Shown one piece after another: positions 59,423 to 64,000 of a stretch of 64,000 nt of DNA (its first letter is position 1; each line of letters begins with the position of its first letter). Location of the stretch: positions 62,001 to 126,000 of the forward strand of contig JAVECO010000046.1 in assembly GCA_051942205.1 (NCBI GenBank). Direction: 5' to 3'. The translations under genes were made by a program, and so were the position numbers. The DNA comes from Coniocarpon cinnabarinum. Its lineage: Eukaryota. The notes beneath the pieces are model-generated. The model made no database searches. It saw nothing but the letters and a program-made list of their open reading frames with translations, and was not told the DNA's origin.

Positions 59423-62400
59423 TGTGCTGTATTGCCCCCACAAATCTGTCTGTGTTGAGGCGTGGAAGGAAAGACTGGAGAGACGAAGGTTAAGGCGCGG
59501 TGATTTAGAGGTTCGTTGCGTTTTGGGCGAATTCGCGCGACTGTGTGCCAAGAGGTGGACTGAGCTGCGGATGATTTCCGCTAGAGCTGATGGCTTCCTG
59601 TCTTACTTTTCAGGCATTCATGCACTATCGATTAGGGATCTCGGAGCGAAAGAGCTGTTGGATTCTAGAAAACCTAATTCTTCACCAGTCACTCATTGGT
59701 GAACTTTGGAATAGAGTTTATAGGCGCAGATGCAATGTCGGCGCTAGCTCTATTGCAAAGAGCACCAGTGAGTGACTGAGTATACTTTTCATTTCGTCTG
59801 CATTTACATCTTCCTGGTCATTAAAGGAGTCTTTGGCATCAAATGCTAAGGTCTTTGCTCACACGATCTTTCGACGGATTTGGTACATCAGTAGCTGCAG
59901 TCCCGAACTCCACGATAAACTGAAAGGGCGAAAAACAGAAAAAAAAAACAGAAAAAAAAACCGATAAAAAGAGATTCTAAGTGGCAGATCCCTTTCTCAC
60001 CAGCTGCATGGATGTTCAAGATTATGTAGACCAGCTCGAACTGCTCCGGCTGGACATCGCCTGCCTAAGGGAATTTGTGTCTGACATCAACAACCTGGGA
60101 CACAAGATCATTCAGGGACTGCCGAATGACTATTAACCGTTCGTCCAACGGTTGTACTTCACCCAGAACATGTCGCGCCGCGATCCCGATTCAAAACTCA
60201 ATATTCTGAGACGCGATGTCGTGTAGTAGCAGAAGTAGTGACAAGTCACACAGCTACTTGCGGCTTTCAGAGACGGTATCAAGGGTCATCACGCCCTGTG
60301 GAAGAGCGGAATCCTGCATTGAGATATCTCTGGCCTAATCTCATGTTTACGGATTCAAGCCAGCTCCGCGGATTATGCGGAACGCTCACTGACTATGCAT
60401 ACTAATTCTCCCTGAGAGTGGCTCACTTATCACGTTAACACTACGCATTCCACCGAGACTGAAACGGAGACTACAAAAATCCAGACGTCTACGTAAGCGA
60501 CAAAGCAGAAAGATGCAATCGTCGCGGCCACGTGAAGGTATCAAATATTAAGATCTCGTGCTTAGCCCTGCAGGGCACTGGAATCGAGCCTAACGAGACC
60601 CTCAAACGAGAAATGTATGGAGAGACGCGTAAGCTGGGTCACGACCTTAGAGATTGACCAGGAATTGGATTCCTTGTGAAATGAAGGCTCAAGTGATCAA
60701 ACCACTGACGGTGTGTCCAAAAAAACGACACAAACTCTCTGACTGAGCTACCACGTCAGCCGCGTGGCAATGACGGATACGGTCGGCGCGGAAGAAGGCT
60801 GCGGCCTGCCCCCTTCTTCAGCCGTCAGTCGGAATCTGCTCTTGGGGCAGACCCAGCCCACCATTCCAGAGACTCAGCATATCAATCGGTCACCAAGTCC
60901 ACTTTGGACGATTGGCAGCTCTGCAATTTTTTTTCGAGAGCCAGAATGCATGTCGTATGGCGTTTCAACACAACATAAGTGAGTGCGTAGAGCTTGATAT
61001 AGCTGACGAGCACATCTTTTGCTTCGATTCGACCCCCGAACAAACCCTAGATGCCTGATACATTGGCTAGGGGTCGAAATATCGAAGACGGTACTCAGCG
61101 ATGCTGACACTTTGATAGCGCGATGTCTAATTTGCAATGAAATCAACTTGGACGACGCGATTGAACTCGAATGCGAAGGAAGGCACTTTCCTTGTATGAT
61201 AGTGTGCAGCACTATCCCTCAGTCATTCAATAGTCACGGTCATAATGCGACTATGAACGATGTGCTGCTAAATCACGAGATGATTACCCGCGGGGATACA
61301 GAAGTAAGGGTCTTGGTCTTGATGGCTCTCCAAATACACTACCGCCCTTCCTGACCCAAGGTTCCCTTGTAGTTAAGATGGGAGGAAAAGCGGTTCTAGT
61401 TCCACCACGAGGAGATCGCCGTCCAAAGCATCCAAGTCGGGGCAAAGCTTGGACAGATGCACTTGGACAGAGTGGGAAGGCTGGGGTGCATGAGATGAGA
61501 ACGAACAAATTGTCCGGCGATCTGGGATCTCAACTCAAAATTTAAACCGTGTCGACGACCGGTCCGTTAGTGCACGGTGAGACTAACATCTTGATTAAGA
61601 ACAGCAACACGGTTATGAATAAGTCTCGCGGAGGAGACTCTAGTGGGCCTGTGTCTATCGAAAGCCGCACAAATGACAGATCGCGCCGCGGCTATGGCAT
61701 CGGTCGCGTAGAAGTTCGAAACGCCAACAACCACGACGACCGCTCGCAACGCATGGATCCAGGTGAAGACAACCAGGACTATGAGCTGTCAAATTTCGAG
61801 CTGGTTGGGCTGACCATGGCAGGACTTGAGAAGTGCCGGCCGGCTTTAAGATAGCAAGGCTGTAAATGATACGCTTGACTGCGTTCACCTCAGAAACGCA
61901 TTTCCGAGCGACCCGAAGAAGGCTCACTGCACCTTTTGTGATCGGTCAATGTGACTGATAGATATTACCGTTCATTGTCATTGGACTGAGTTCACGCTTG
62001 CAACGTAAATGGTCTAAAATAATTTTGTTCTTGTAAGGAACCCGTTGTTTACTTGCATTTGCGGTGTCGTGGTACACGACCTGACCACTGATGTTCTCGT
62101 CCATGGTCAGAGATTGCGAGATGGTTCCATTCTCGACGGTCGGGTTTTGTAGATGGTGACGGAAGTGACTTGGGTACTTACCCCGCTCCTTGGACTGCAA
62201 TTCGCCCATTTGCCCTTGTTAAGGGCGCAGGCGACTTCGACTTTAAGCCACTTGATCAGCAAACATGCCCTGAGCCTAGACTAAAGCCTCAACACCTTAT
62301 AGTGGTCTTCATTCGTAGACCTACGGAAGCATCTGTGAAAATCGATCATCGAAAGGACACCAACCGACGATGTATCGAAGCGGCAGGTGCAAGATTTAGG

Positions 62401-62989
62401 CAACGATCAGTAGTGGCAAAAAGAGCAATGAGACGATTTACTCAGGACGCAGTCGCCATCGCCATTACCGACGACTCTTGAGCTGCAGCAGCAGACGCCT
62501 CGATGCACCTTTTACAGCATCCGGGCCAATTGTCTCTTTCCAACTTGGCTCCGACTGTCGTTTCAACGGTAACTCCGCAGCATTGATGGGATGACTGAGG
62601 AAATCAGTCAAATGCGACTGTTCCACAGCACCATCCACGCTGCCCTCACGACAGTGCATTGCCAAGAGAGTGGTTTCTCAAGTTGCGACTAGTACAGGTT
62701 CCAGTACAGCAACTTCTTTTAAGAGGGGGAGGCTATCACCGATCTCATCCCCAGGCGTGGTACCTTATATGCCTGCGCGAGCTCGACTCGTACCTAGCTC
62801 CGGCGCCATGAACACAGTCGCCGTAGCTGACGGGCGAGTCTATGAGTCCCACTCTATTCGTGAAGAGTAAGGTTGGGGCAAGAAGTGTGCTTTAGTTTTG
62901 ATATCATCAGACTGATGTCGTTGAGCTTGAGCGGCCTAGACAGCAAGGGCTAAGCACCCACTCGTGACGCTTACAAGTGAGTGTGTCTG

Positions 62990-63435
62990 AGACAAGAAGA
63001 TATCCCCAAAGCACAATCTTCCCTCAACAGGGAAACAGTCTCCCTGCCCAGCACCACAGCGACGCGGCACAAGCATCCTCTGACACCATGGCTTTCACTC
63101 ATAACATGGGTGATGCTTACACTTGGACTACGAATGCTCAGAGCGCTTCGAGTATCCACGACCCAGTCGGGTACGGCAGCTACTCGTCCGCGACGCATCC
63201 AGGCATAGAGACGTCCGCCCTACCCAACTCTCGACTAATGTAGCTGATAGTGCCTCAAAGATCTTTCGGTATGGGCGCAGAATTTCGAGCACTTACACTG
63301 TAAAGGGAACTATCACCTGTATATTAAGTGAAAATACTAATGTTTGGCGGAGCTTGTGCCGTATCGCTGTAAAGCTGCGGAGAGAGATTGTTGCCCTATT
63401 GTTAAGGGATTGTGCTTTCGGAATCTCTCCCTATC
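62990..63435. repeat. Diverged inverted duplication (arms ~62990-63150 and ~63270-63435)
   Basis: CAAAGCACAATCTTCCCTCAACAGGGAAACAGTCTC... aligns without gaps to the reverse complement GAAAGCACAATCCCTTAACAATAGGGCAACAATCTC...; similarity continues through CGGCACAAGC and TTTCACT..GGTGAT. Confidence 0.8.
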
Positions 63436-64000
63436 CTGAATGAGAAGTGCTCGTTCGTGGTTGGAATTTATGTGCGTTTGGCCTTGTACCAATTGTGCCA
63501 CTATGTGTGGCCGGCCAGCGCATAGCCGTCGAGGCTACCCAGACGGACCTTTCCAGGACAACGATTAGACGGCATTCCTCGATGTGCAAGTGTCTTACGT
63601 TGCCCACATAGAAGGCATTGAGCGTCTTATGAGCGAATCGAAGCCAGCTCGAATGATTCGGAAAGAGTTGACATGCAATCGAAATCGTGTTCGCACCGAG
63701 CCTGTCAGATTCCTCGATGATGCGCGAAAACGTGGGGAGGCTACGCTCTAGCACTCGAACGCCTGGGTCGCCTACCTCATTGAAAAAGATGACAACTATT
63801 CGATGATCAGCTACCCCGACGGCGCTCAAACAGTATTGTGTGCAATGGCTGCATTTCCAAGGCACACAACATGAGGTCAGCTTCAGACAGGTTCCGCGGC
63901 GTCTCCGAGCATAAACGAGTTCATCGAGAACACTCGTTCAGGGTGGAACTTGTCCAACGGCCTCTCTATCTGGGACCCCACGGCCTGATGGATTAACAGG

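Noticed and set aside
59930..59970. A-rich tract as a retroposon poly(A) tail
   Set aside because: No target-site duplication or element body is recognisable; it is more simply a low-complexity tract upstream of RPL14.

Overview
Eukaryotic DNA from a filamentous ascomycete (Pezizomycotina-like): gene-dense, with short GT..AG introns and CTRAC-type branch sites. About 21 intact protein genes can be read: a DDX60-like helicase (5' partial), a 5-exon repeat-rich GPI-type surface protein, COG2, an AIG2/GGCT-like protein, a UbiA prenyltransferase, NPY1, FAL1/eIF4A-III, an AMID-like oxidoreductase, cystinosin, a carboxylesterase, a Sid1-like kinase, GH16, URC4, GH3/bglE-like, CHS5, NEW1/Elf1, an RnpA-like protein, DUF1772, LtrA and RPL14, plus a few orphans. 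There is also an intron-containing tRNA-Pro(TGG). Off-frame reading shows four pseudogenes not evident from the ORF track: a PTH11-like receptor, a tandem GGCT paralog, an O-methyltransferase and a PD-(D/E)XK nuclease-like gene. There are two AT/TpA-rich RIP-like islands and an inverted duplication with RIP-type stop codons. The most interesting candidates are (1) a small basic nuclear-encoded protein resembling bacterial RNase P protein RnpA, possibly a mitochondrial RNase P subunit, (2) seven tandem S/T-P-x-K CDK sites in the Sid1-like kinase tail, (3) a ~235-aa in-frame insert in the Fn3-like domain of the GH3 enzyme, and (4) an orphaned UbiA prenyltransferase beside a dead O-methyltransferase. 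All family calls come from motif recognition by eye; no database searches were run.
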